A stretch of DNA of 64,000 nucleotides from assembly GCA_051362555.1 (NCBI GenBank), contig CM120642.1:31930001-31994000 (forward strand), read 5' to 3'. How positions within the stretch are numbered: position 1 is the stretch's first letter; each line of letters starts with the position of its first letter. Shown here one piece after another: positions 37,915-51,214 of the stretch. The notes under the pieces are model-generated. The model worked only from the letters and a program-made list of their open reading frames with translations, was not told the origin of the DNA and did no database searches. The translations under genes were made by a program, and so were the position numbers. Origin of the DNA: Lingula anatina (Eukaryota > Animalia > Brachiopoda).

Positions 37915-40900
37915 CCATTGGTGCGGTTCCGACAGGCTGTGAAAACTGTGATAGTGCTCTTGAAGGCAACGCGGCTCGGGACGTAAGTGTTATTCCATAT
38001 CTCCAGCAATTCAATTAACTATGACAAAATAGCCACTGTGATTTATAGACTGTATATATTGTTCGCATCAATCGATAATCCTCTGTGTTTAATCAATTAA
38101 AAAATCAATATATGCATTCTAAAATGATTTTCCTGGAAGTATGCTAAAGCCCGTTCTGTTAAATTCATATCGCAGGTACGTGCTGTTCTAATTCTTATTT
38201 AGCACTCAAAATACAGTTTAAGTTAATGAAGTGACTATAAAATACCTCACAGGTGTTTTAAAGTATGTTATTATTGCATATTGCCCAGACTGTTCGTCTC
38301 TAAGCATTTACGCTTATTCTACGCATAATTTAGGGCACACTTCTATTGTAAACAGGTGTCATTTTTGTTAATCAAACAACAGATCTACGTATTTTGAGTT
38401 CTGTCACGTTGGCAACCCTACATTGCATAATCTAGCCGCTGGAGGTAAATAAGAAGAGACTATTTCAGATCACAAGCACGTCCCGAGAAGCAACTGATTT
38501 CGTTCGCTCAGTACCAGGATGAGGTGACCAAAGAGCGGTCTTCCTTTGGTGATGACCTCTCCTTTGACCCCTCCTACTACAGGACCAAGAGGGAGGTAAG
38601 ACCTGGAAATGTGATATAAAATACATTGTCGTCCACTTTGCCAGTTATTTCTTTTTTAAAAATGTAATAAAGAAAGTCGTCTGCTTAAAAAAATAGCTGA
38701 TCTCTGGATTTTTATGTAGGCCTACTGGAGCCTGTATTTCAGTCACCATATGTACGCTGAAAGTCTATAATTTGCTTGTATTTTAAGTAAATCATCATTT
38801 TTGTCTTTACTTTTTTTCTTTTTCTTTTGTTTGTGGATAAACTCGTTTGTGTATTTTAGACATATGTACATGTAGACTGATAGCCGTTATAAACTGCAAC
38901 AGTTATTTCTAATTTTTCACAAGGATTAATATCTGAATAGAAATGTTATAAATAGCTTTTTGAAGATATAAAACAAGGCTATTTTGAAATAATTTATTTT
39001 AAAAAATAGATATTAAATAAATGCATTGAAAGAAATACCCACATGATTTCTGTTATTTGTATTAACATTCATTCTAGACTCAAATTAGTAACGAAGCCAA
39101 GTCTATACTCTCCAAGCCTCCATCCGAACGAACAGAAGAGCAACTCAAGGTGGCGCTGGCGTCGCTCAAGAACACTGTTGAGTCGTTCACAGAGTTCCCG
39201 ATTAATATGCAACTTTCCCTTGTGAAAGTAGGATTCTACGAACAGTAAGATGCTAAGAATGCATTGCAAAACTGATTGCTTGATTAACTATCAATTGATA
39301 TTATGTTGCTTGATTAACTATCAATTGATTATGTCGTATTTTAATTGGTATCTACAAACATATATACTTTATTTACAGTTAAAAGGTTTTGAAAAAATAT
39401 CACGATACTTGCATCTTTCGGTTTAGGAAAAATATATAAACATATGCATATTAACTTCCAAGTTCAGTGATACTGAATAGATAATATTATTAGGGGAGGC
39501 GAGGATGGAGAAAAGTCTGTTATAATGTCTGCACTGAAAAGATCGATAATGACAAAAAAAAAAGTATTTACGCAATAGAAGTGCTGCGAGCATACGAACG
39601 GAGTTTATGCTTCTACTGTGCATTTAATAAGTCTTTAATAAGTCTAGTCTTGGTGTTTTCTATCTTTCATTTTTTCACATTTTCTTTTAGTTTTGAAGCA
39701 AAGCGGGTGATTATTCGACAGGGCCACACAGCGGACAACTTTTACTTCATTGCGTCAGGAAAAGGTGAGATCTTTAAGTGATCACAGAAATTTTGCCTCA
39801 GTTTTCTTCACAATCCATTTGGCTGTCGTCCACGTTTCGGTTGTTTTAAATTACATTTAAAACGCCTCAGTAGACGATGAAATTAATCAACCGGGAAGTG
39901 AGAGTGTCTAAGGTGCAGAAGGAACTATTTTGGTCGAATCGGGGCGCACTTCAGACCTCAAACAGCGTTAATTTAAGACTTAAGACCCCTGTAAAGGCGC
40001 CTGTTCTCAATTTTAATCATTATTTTTAGCTCCTCCACAATCCAGGTGGTTAAATCCCACTTTGAGCTTGGTTTTAAGGTTACCAGGCGACTGAATAGAT
40101 TAATCGAGGATTTGATTACTAATACATTCCATACTTGTCATTATGTTAAGGCACTGGAGAAATGAAGAATCTATAGGCTACCAGTGAAGATAATAGAAAC
40201 GATAACAGCACTCTACCACTAACATTCACCGAAAACTTCAGTATGTTTTGGTCGATATAAAAAACAATTAGAAACCACCGCATATATAAACGGTTCTGAA
40301 AAATACACTTTTAATTGTGCATATAGGTATAGTCACTGCATCGTTAAGCACGATGACAATGCAAGATGAAATACAGTATTGATTTTATACAGGGAAATCG
40401 ATATTGTACACCGGCGCAGCATTTCCCCCGTATTTCCTGTACGGTAAAAACTTGAAAATTTAATCGGTCTTGAAAAGTACGTTGGAATGATATAAGTCTC
40501 CGCCGACGTAACTTTTTTTATCTAAGAGAATTTCGTCATACTTGAAAATGGGCTTTTCGCCAATTTTGAAAAGTTCATCATCTAGTGCATGGCCGTGGCG
40601 GATTCACACACGTTAAAGTATAAATAAATTTTTAAGTGACGAAATTTTCAAGTTTTTACCGTAACCTGCAGTAGCTAGTCCACACCCTGCGTTTGAGAAT
40701 CAACAACAATTTCACCACCTCTAACAGAACACATTTGTCATTTACAACGGAGAGAGGTCTTATGCCGGTCAGAAGAAAGTAACTGTAAGCATTCTGATAT
40801 TTTGGGCTGTAGCCGTACGCCGTGATGTAGCTGAATCTGCAGTGATGCTGTTTTAAAATAACCTTAGAGATTGGAACGAAACATATGCGCACAGCCTGAT

Positions 40901-43900
40901 AGTGCTCTTACCTTATTGTGATTGAAGTGTTTTTGTGGGATGAACAAAATATTGCGCTTGATATCATGAGCAATATTTGTTATATATTTGTTTACCTTTT
41001 TTCAGCGGTTGTCACCATTCTGGAAAACAACAAAGAGACGGGAGAGGCCTACGTACGCACGGCAACCATTTTGAAGAAAGGAAACAGTTTTGGGGTGAGT
41101 TTTCCTAATATTCGGCTTATACTTTTGATTATGCTTTGTGTTGTATTTAATGTTTTAAAAAGTTTTAGATTGCGCTCTTTTGGTCAGGTATATTCCTTTG
41201 CTTTTGGTAAAATTTGTTAAATATTTAATGTTTCTAACAATATAAATTTTTAGGGTAAGGTTTCTTAGTCTTAGGTAAATGCTTTTGATAATACATGCAT
41301 TTTGTCAATAGACCTTTTTGTCTGATTTTCGCATTGCAGTCCGTGAAAAAAATTCTTTTGTAGATTCTGTAATTCAATTTATAGGTTACGTATCTCAGTA
41401 TCTTTTAATCATACAAAACATTTTCGTGGTTTGTTTTCTTCTTGAAAAGTAACTCCAACTGAACATACGGGTGGCAACCAATTGTGATTGTTTTTCATAT
41501 CGACCAAAACGTTGATTTTTTTTTTCATTTCTACCTCATTATTTCGGCTCTTTTATGAGAACAGTGCATCTGTTGAGAAAATGATGTTATTGCGTTACCT
41601 CTGCCACGATATATCAATATTTGAAATCCGTCTCAGGGCTCCATTGTGGTAGTTGCGCTAAACTTGTTCAATCGGTTGTGACGGTTATGCTGGTATCTCT
41701 CCAGGAGCTGGCGTTGATGCACGGCGGCAAGCGCAGCGCCACAGTGACGTGTAAAGACGACGTGGAACTCCTGGCAGTCGGCAGACACGACTTCATCGAC
41801 ATATTCATGCGCTGTGAGAAGGATAAGGAGCCTGAACACGTCAGCTACCTCAGGCACATTGACTTGTTTAACGGCTGGCCTTTGGAGAAATTGCCCCATG
41901 ATAACCCAAAGATCTGCCTGTTCACGTACATTAGGTGGGTGTGTCTGCTGTGGTTGCTGAGACAGATAACACATTTACATTTGTTTTGTGCCCCGTTGAA
42001 CAGTATGTTATAGGTACTTGGCTGATCTTCTTCTCATGGGATTATTCTTTAAGTCAATTTGCTTCATTTATATGCAGTTTTAGTTTTTTCAAACAAAAAT
42101 AGTTCTAAAACTATCATTTTATGACACGTTCACCGCTATAATGCCATAACGCGAGCGTATGCCCGTGCGTCCACGTGCACAAAGAAATTACATCTTATTA
42201 AATGAAAAATGCTGCGCAAATGTGAAATGTTTCTACAAAGATTGAACTAATTCTTCCCGCCCTCTCCCCACTGCAGGCGCGGAGTGGTGATGTGCAGAGA
42301 CAGCACGCAGGCAGAGTGGATCTACGTCGTGAAGACTGGCACCTGTCGCGTGCTGAAAGCGCTCCGTGCCACGCGGCCAAATATTCCGGGACTTGAAGTG
42401 CAATCTTATAGTATCTGTGATCAAAAGAGTCAAAAAGGCAAGTAAAGTCAGTGTTCTCTTTCGATTTTAATTAGAATATGTGTGTGTCAGGTTTACGGAT
42501 ATTCATATTAATTAGAAGAATAGTACAACTATACGGTGTGTATGCATAAATATAAGGTGGATAATAAGTGAATAAGAAAATGGGTTGAATAACGTGATTT
42601 GATTTAACCTTCATATTTTAGTGTGAAACGCACTCTCAGAACACCAGTTAACTTTTAACTACACACAATTACCAAAAATTCTGTCTTGTCCGCGGCATTA
42701 AACATTACTTGCTTGTTTTTCTTTATTTTTCTTATATAAAATAAAATATAGATTACTTTAAAATATCCAAACGCTTCCTTTATCTTCAGGTTCAAAACGA
42801 AGGTCAAACGTGAGACGCACACACTCAAAGTCTTTGCCGCCATCTTTATCTTCATCCGTATCCTCCTCCTCAACCTCCTCCTCATCACAATCAGCATCGT
42901 TGTCAGAGGGTAAGGCGGCGTCCTTGGATATGGGGAGGTGTAGTAGAAAGCACCACACGTTCCCCGTTACTCTGACCCAACAGGGTTCTAAATACACCCC
43001 CTCGTGGTCCAGTGGCGTTCTTCCCCCTATAGCCAAGTCATTGTCTCAAGGTAAAAGAAATCACTAAATCAAGATAATAATACAATTTATACAAAATGTT
43101 TTGAATCACCGGGCACTTGTAGACTTCCTACTTTTTGCTATATAGTTAGAAATAAATGATCACGTTTGAACACCAAGAGTTGGAAGTAAATGTATACTGA
43201 CTGAACATATCACCGTCTTTTCTACGGAGTTTGTCTTTTGGGAAAAGTGGAAATGCACTATTCTGATATTTTGTTTCAAGTATATATGTCAGGAGTCAAT
43301 TGAAATCCTTAAAGTCTATTGAAAAAAGTAAGAGGACACTCTTGTCGTAAAAAAGAGTACAATGATGTACACAAAGTAAATTTTATACAGCCAAAACCCA
43401 CAGGTACCCATATTATTTCAGGAAAGTCAAAAGAAGACGATGATCACAAAAGAAAACTAGATCAGATATTTCAAGAACGACACTTTTGGAAGGTATACGT
43501 ATAACAAACGCTTAATGTCTTTATTCGTCGATAAAATTCACTTTTCCTAATACAGTAGCTATTCTGTATAAAAAGTTAACACGCCCATGCCTTCGTTTCT
43601 TGTCTTTTTCTGATTCGTGTCTATATTTATGTTGCCAAGAATATGTCTGTTATGTATGTGTGATAAATCAAATCTGTTTGGTATATCAGATCTGTGTGGC
43701 AATAAAAACCATAGCGTCTGTGTTACAGGACCAAAGAACACCGTTGTATTCTACCCCCAAACCGTCAACAGCTTCATCGACAGAGGGAGAGACGGTCTTC
43801 GTAGAGGTGCAAAAATTAGGACCAAAGGATACATTTGTAAGTTGTCAACGTTATATTTCATTTAGCCTCTCTCTCTCTCTCTCTCTCTCTCATACATTCT

Positions 43901-44499
43901 TTATAATATATATGCTTGTACATGTATAAATGTATAGGCTTTGTCTAATATATTCTGCTAGATCATTGTACATGTATCAATATTCGCTTGTACGATGTCT
44001 TGCAGTTATCGGTTTCTTTATTGTATTCTGCAGGGTCTAGAGGGCGTGGTATTCACTGATGTAGACGGAAGTGACGTCAGTCTGAGTCTGGTCTCAGAGG
44101 GTGCAGAGTGCATTCTCATCAGCCGGCAATTTTTTGTGAAACATTTGTCAGACAAATGGAGGAAAACATTGCGGTCTACAGTAAGACTTCTCTCTCTGAG
44201 CCTTTGTTTGTCGTCATTTTATTTGATACTGTCCATGCGCACTGAATACATTCCACTATTTTGAACGAACACGTTTGCCATTCATTCATTCATTCTTTTT
44301 TCTTTCTTAAAAGTTCTTTTAAACCTCAAAACAAACTTTTAATGTATGTATTATTTTTTCCTTTCAGATACAGCCCTACCCTTCAGAGGAAAGTTTGCAG
44401 CAAAAATTACAAAATCGTACCAACTGGGATGCTTTCAAAACTCTGACAATGAAACGCTACATAGCTAAAAAGAAACTGTTAGACACACTCTTTCTGTGA
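37915..44499 (+). CDS. CNBD2-like: Constant region of a cyclic nucleotide-binding domain-containing protein 2-like gene; exons 37915-37982, 38469-38595, 39078-39244, 39691-39764, 41006-41094, 41705-41934, 42277-42437, 42790-43050, 43422-43492, 43729-43836, 44034-44180, 44368-44499
   Basis: LSFDPSYY; LSKPPSERTEEQL; FEAKRVIIRQGHTADNFYFI; intact phosphate-binding cassette GNSFGELALMHGGKRSATV; second split CNBD (EWIYVVKTG ... LGPKDTFGL ... LVSEGAECILI); C-terminal YPSEESLQ...W..FK. All 12 exons are phase-consistent (one GC donor). Confidence 0.88.
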
Positions 44500-45877
44500 T
44501 GGAATCGTATTGACGAAAGTCAGCACGTGTGACACCACGTGAGCTGTCGTGCACGTGATAAATCGTGACGTTCTCCTGTGTATGTGTTTTTTTTTTATTT
44601 ATTTAATTGATTGTTCAGATAAATAATATCATCATACAATTTTAAGACTAGGTCTCTTTTTCTATCTCTGACTCACAAATCAGTACATGCAGGTTCAGTT
44701 GTCGGCATTGATAAAACAACTTTTGGGAGCGCTTTGATCTGGATGCGTTGGTCAAATGTAATAAATGCATTAAACGTAATATATAAGTGCGTGTGTTTGT
44801 ATATGTGTATCAGTACGAAAAGTAATGATTTATTTAGATGAAAATGGGCATTATTTATTTGACTGACCAAGTTAAAAAACTGAAATATTTTCACGAAATC
44901 TATTTCAAATAAAATATACAACGAGACAGGATACAGTACAGGGATGACAAATTACATTTAAATTAAACAAATCACAATTTATAGGCCCTACTTGTAGGCC
45001 TACACCGGCTACTAGACGCATGTACAAAGAGTGACACCAAAACAAAAATCATTCTGATACAGATATACCGTTTTGTGTTACACGCTCTATTAATTTAAAC
45101 ACTTCTTTCAAACCATTTCCAACAGAAGCGATGTAGGCCTAACATTTAGAATTTCCCTTTTTGAAAAACGTTGCACATGAAATAAAAAGCCATTGTGAAC
45201 TTTCGATGGCATTATTCAAAGGTCAAAATTATTCTTTTTTCAGCGATAGTATACCATTATCGACCCTGGATGATGCAAAGCAATATATTGACGGAAAGCA
45301 AATGTCAATAATTGTTTTAAACAATTTAATACCCGATGTCAATGCCCTCTAAGAAAATATTCAGAGTTGTTTTCGTCTGGATGATATAAAATGCGTCATT
45401 TTTTTTTCAAAAAAAGATGTAATCGATCGTTCTTTGTATTTCAATGGACAAAACCCTGCAATTTGATTGTTTGATAAAACCCTATATGTTTCCATTGTCT
45501 CTTTTCTTTTGGAGTAAATGGAGCTATTTGCCAGTGCCAATCGATGGCTAGGGAGCCGTTTCGCACGGCTACCTCGTTTTTTGCACCAACTAACCCAGAG
45601 CCATAACATTGTCGTCTGCTGGATGCAAAATCGGGGTTCCCTTCTGGATAGAAATTGGAGCCTCGTTTTGGCACCAAACAAAGCATCCGTTTGTCGTCTG
45701 TATTCAGCTTGCTACATATAAAATTCTACGATTTGTATCCGTTTGAATTTGTTCAATTTATTGTATGGTTTTGTGAAAAAAAACTGAAAATTTTCTTTGC
45801 TGGTCCCACACTCTTCAAAGCGGTACTTTGACGTTTGAATGCCGGTGCCCAAAAGCTGTCCAAATGCTACGGGCTTG

Positions 45878-48214
45878 TTAAGGTAAATATTGTCGTTGTT
45901 CTTCGTACAGCTCTGCCACCTGAGAACCCGTCAGGGTAGTGTTCAGAATCAACAGGTCTCTGATGCAGCCTTTAAAGCTGGTGCCAATGTCATATACAGT
46001 CGCAGCTGAACTGGTGACTGTGCTAAGTGAAACGGTAGCATAATCGGAAAGATCGTGTTGTCCATTGTAATAAAATTTTACAAGGCGGCTGCTCAGTTCA
46101 TGGGTGATGACGAGGTGATCCCACTGGTTATAAGATATTTGACTGATACTCGTGTCACTTATTGCAAGACACCTGACACCTATGCCGGGGTCAGTGTTCA
46201 TGAAAAACTCCAGGCGCCTGTGGTTGAAGAAAGTTGCAAAGCTTTGTTCGTTGTCACTTAGCTGACGCCATCCGCTGTACAAAAACTGGATCATGGATGG
46301 CGAAGGGTCGTCGCTCTTCAGCCAAATGGAGATAGTAAAATCCGACTGTATGAAATGGACTGCTGGAACCTCGACGCCGCCTGTTCCAACCAAGTACAAA
46401 CTGTTATTTCTATACTCCGCCGTATTTGAAAGGCTGAAAGATGAAAGCGGTGACAGGAAGTTACCACGCTGAATATGCGCATTAGATATTTATAATTTCC
46501 AAACCATTTTAAGTGATGCTGCTGTTTTTTTCTCACATTTCATAACGTATCGTTACAAGCAAATGTATTCCACGACATTTTGGTTAAATAGCGTGGCGTT
46601 ACGTTCAAAAACAACACAACGCTGAATAAACTTTTCGTCTAAGATGACATTCGTAGACGTTGATCAACAAGAATTTGCCATGGTCATTGATTCAACATTG
46701 ACAAGTCAACATTGGAAATTACTTGTTGTGATGACATACCGACATTCATTTCACGTAAAACGTAAAACCCTCTCAGAATTACCCATTATTGGCCAAGTAA
46801 AGGTTTCACTATATTAAGTAGTATATGTCCACGAGCGTGCATCAAGCAGCATGGCAGTAATCTGCTTACTTTTCTCACATGACAAAATGTGTTTTATGTC
46901 ATAAAGTTTCAACATTAAAATTTGAATTCTAAAATCAATAATAAATTTGATGTTGATTCAAAGCGTGTCTAATCATTGTGTGCTTTGTGTGGTAGGTTCC
47001 GAGGCAACCAACACACGTGTTACTAAGGGTGATAGAATCATTATCATGCTGGTTGCACTTTGATCTAACTTAATGTAAGATCAAGCGAAGCGTGGAGATG
47101 CAATGGACATCCAATGAAAAATTGATTGGGCTTATAAAACCGCATTGAACCCAAAGAAATTGGACAATTTAAGTCGTGCTTCCTTTCTAAAAACCCAAAG
47201 CGTCTTGTTTTTTACTGCAGTCTTAAAGAGATCAGACTTTACAAAACATATGGATTACCTAATCACTTAATATATCTTTTTTACCTCGGACCAAATTTCC
47301 CACTAAACAGGGATTTGTCATATGCCTTAGCAGCTGAGTAATCTCATTGTACCAGTCCCTTGATAAACCCTGTTAAAACATCAATATATCAACTGTAGGA
47401 CTATTCCTCATAGACTGACTCATATAAGAAAACTTGGTCACCGGAGTGATTAGGAATACTACTTACGTCACTTCTGGGCTTGGGGCACGTAATGGAAGGT
47501 GCTGTATTATGACGTCACTCGAAACCAGGCTCTCTATCAATGAAATGATACAATATATAAGATACTAAGTAACTTAAAAGGATAACAACTGTTCATTTTG
47601 GCCAAAAAATTAATTTTCCTATTTTAGAAATAGTGAAACAGTAAATAGGTGAAAAAAAAAAACATTAAGAGAGCGCAGACCTCCAATGAAGCTCAATTGT
47701 CATAATTAATAAATCAACAAATGGATCTCCACTAAAATGTAAACGCTTCTAAGTTAGCCCACTTTTGACTTATCCTGAAATATTCTATCAAAATCCGCAT
47801 TGAACTTTTTGAGTTAGGCTGCTAACTTACAAAACAATGAAGGCAAAAACATAAACTTCTTGGTGGATATGCCTTAGTATAAACAGGTTTAAGTATTAAG
47901 CAAATCATGCCAACAGAAAATAAGATACCACACATTGCTAAACGTGACAATATGCGAGCCCCTAAAGAAAGCTCCCGATCAGCGTGCGCCGACGTATCAG
48001 AAGAGGTTATTAATGACGTCAGACTTACTAGGACCTAGGTGGTGGACATTGGTAGCACTGGTCAACATGGCGGGGAACATCTGAGCATTCCCGTCAAGAA
48101 GTTCACATGTACCGGTACTTCTGTCGAAATTTGCTGAGCTGCAGTTTGCATTCCGTACACATAGAACTGCACATTTTCTAATTGTGGCACCGGTATGTTC
48201 ACTGAAATGTTTAA

Positions 48215-48262
<48 letters not shown>

Positions 48263-48841
48263 TAATGCCGTTCTTATGATACTTAGTGGAATATATGTAA
48301 ATACATATATCAAAAAGATAAAGACGCGTCGAACTTCATCTTAAGAATTATATCTCGAGGATATATTATCTTTTATATCTTTTTTTTCGGTTTCAAAGTG
48401 CTTTTGGCAGTATACATTTTATTTTGCGTTACATCATTAGACAACCGGCAACAAAATTTCTCTATAAAAATGAAAAGTTTCAAAGTAACAAGTTTAATAA
48501 AGCCCTTTAAGCCCGTGGTGCACATATTCAATTAAAATGAAATGATGAAATAATTCACTTTTCTTTAAAAAAGCACTGACCTCAATCGCTCGAGGGGTAA
48601 GTGTTTGTTCTGCAGGACTGGAAAATTGGCTTCTCTGTAATTGTTTAGCCTTGTAATTTGTCCACCTATTTGAATAATACAAATATTCAATAAAGAGACA
48701 GTTCAATAAATAAAGTTGATAAAGAGACGCGCGGAGTCAGGTAAAAAGGAGAGAGAGAGAGATATATCCACACCTACCAACATCGTTTATGAACACCGCT
48801 GCCAGCCATATTACAAGTGCTGATAAAATGCTATCGCTCAT
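45878..48841 (-). CDS. Secreted PAN/Apple + laminin-G/concanavalin-A-like (pentraxin-like) protein; ~314 aa; exons 48841-48778, 48665-48581, 48201-48029, 47533-47467, 46433-45878
   Basis: Signal peptide MSDSILSALVIWLAAVFINDVGG. PAN motif CAVLCVRNANCSSANF..STGTCEL. LamG_3 motifs DFTISIWLK, NQWDHLVITH, VKFYYNG, FKGCIRDLLILNTTLTGSQVAELY. Phases join (945 nt). Confidence 0.83.
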
Positions 48842-50988
48842 ATTCAACAGGCAACTGTCATTCAACCCGAATACTACTACATGTATATTCGACACGGCTG
48901 CAATGAAATGTTTCAGTCATGAAACTGATATTCAAAGCCTCCTCATATTCCCAAATACCCGCACCACATTGATCTTTTGAATAGCTAAGTTGCGGTGGCC
49001 ATTACATGAAAGTGACTTTGCAGGAGACACACGTTACATCCTCTAGGGGCTATTGTTAACGGATCGTTCTTTTCAAGTTCAGTTTATAAAAACACATATA
49101 AAGCTTTTTCTGATGTGCAGATTGTGTGTGGGATGTAGAAATAAAACGACAGAAAGGAGAAACTTCTATTTTCTCTTTGAATTAACTCACTAAAAAGTTT
49201 CGATCAAGTTATTTGCATCAAGGCTAATGGCTTATTTCAAGTATTTAAAAGCACTTAAACTATCATAGTTGACCACGTAGGCCTATCGCCAGTCAAAATA
49301 TTGATGAAAAGCCTTGTCAGTAATTGCATATTCTGTCTTCAGTGCTTGCTTTTCCAACCAATCGATGAGAAACCCCACAAAAGAATAGGTAGATTAATAT
49401 CTTAATCGCGTCTAGTGCAAACTTATACTGTATTTTGGCCACAAAAACTGCATTTGACAGACCATTTTAATCCCATTTCGTTTATTTTATGTATTATTAC
49501 TTGCACGAATCAATACAATCATTAGCTTTTGTGCAGGTAGTGGTATAAGTAAGTCCAATGGAGGTGACTATCATTGAAGTGATAGCTGGTTTACAGGAAA
49601 ATCGCCAGGTTTCCTTTAAGCATGCAAAATATCCCGTTCTCATTTCACAATGCACTTCATTGATTTTTTTACGTACAATCTTTACTTTAAAGCGTACATT
49701 TTGTTTGCAAGGAAAAGTACTTTTGGATTTCTTCCTGAAAGGTAATTTATATAACTGGGCGTTAGCAACGGGACCATGACATTTCATGTCGTTACATGTT
49801 CAAAATATGTCGACAGATATCCCGTTACTGATACAGGTGTTTGAAGCGGACATCAGATACAAGTAATCCTTGTGACTTAACATATGTTCATTGGGGATCC
49901 AATTGATAAATAGGCCTCATTTCAAAGTACTGCTTTCTGTCAACATATTCTTTATAAAAACTTAACGGGATTGCTTGTATTTTAACAGATAGCGCTAAAG
50001 GGATCATAAGTTTTGCGCACTATCTCTACGGGGACTCTTGCTGAATGCAATCAGATTATGAGATAAACATGTCGCCTTCTGGCTTTGAGTAGAATGCAGA
50101 GAAACAAGAGGAGGTATTAATCTGACTGGATACTAATGAACGGTCCCACAATGAATTAGCACTACAGTCCACCAGACATTCAGAATTATATTTGAACAGA
50201 GCAGGCGCATATTCACACTAACGACTAAATACAAAAACCGTAAATCGAAAAACCATAAACATACAGAAATACTGTTAGACAAGCATGGTGTATTTGTGTG
50301 CACGACAACAAAAAGAGAAGTGCTGTTGAAACTATCTTGTCTGCCCAATCTTTAGCCAATAAGGTACTTCCTATTGGACTCGCTAAAAGCGTTTTAAAGT
50401 TTTAAGGACACGATCGTTTGTAATTTTAACGCTCACACGCTTCCTTTTCCTTGCTTGTATTGTACGACCACCCTTCGACGTGGGGCAGGCCATAATGTAG
50501 GATGAATAACGAATAATTCAGATATTGTTTTTTGCCACGTGCTAGTTTTGTGAGCTCTAATCTTTTAAAAGCCTGAAACTGACTAGTGCAAAGGCCGTTA
50601 AATTCACAGCCTCTCACAGGCGTAGTAAAAGTGCCATAAAAAGTCCCTTTTACATGTATCTCAAGGAGCAATTGGAAGCCTTTTTCAATGTCTGGCCAAA
50701 TTTGCACTTTTTCAACCAACAATATGAAGAAAAGATCTTAAATGTTTATTTTTTATATTTTTGGGCATTTTTAGTTTTAAACTACAGAAAGTCAAGGTCA
50801 GTTGATGCTGGAAGAGCGTCCAGCACGCAGTGCCGACAGCCTCGTTTTAGGATATCTCGGATGATTTCTTGACAGCTGTATCAGACAACCATTCCTCGCT
50901 CGTTTATAAACATTGACAATTATCACTGTCAATTCCCTAACTGAGGGCAGAGTGACCGTGTCGTCAGATTAATATATAAAGAGTCTTA

Positions 50989-51214
50989 CACCCCATTCCC
51001 ATAGATTTTTAGATCGATCTATCCCTGTGGGGAGTCTCACTAGATTACTGTCAGCTTGGCCGGCTTAAGCGTCTGTTCCGCCTACTAAAAGCTGTAAGGG
51101 GGTAATTAACTATGGTGTCCGCTCGGCTGACTGCAATTTAGCCTGAACCCTCAGGGAGTTAGGTCGATCTAAAACTTAATCTTTAGATCGATCTAAATCT
51201 CTGGGAAAGCACCC
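50989..51214. mobile_element. PIF/Harbinger (Tourist-like) MITE, copy 2
   Basis: TTA|caccccattcccatag...tagatcgatcta ... tagatcgatctaaatctctgggaaagcaccc|TTA. Shares ggggagtctcactagattactgtcag and ctgtaagggggtaattaact with copy 1. Confidence 0.8.

Noticed and set aside
47285-47369. Exon-like segment (AG...GT) in the PAN-LamG gene
   Set aside because: Phases do not fit; the flanking exons join in frame without it.
49497-50872. Short ORFs between the PAN-LamG gene and ASPM
   Set aside because: No recognisable motifs and no consistent splice structure.
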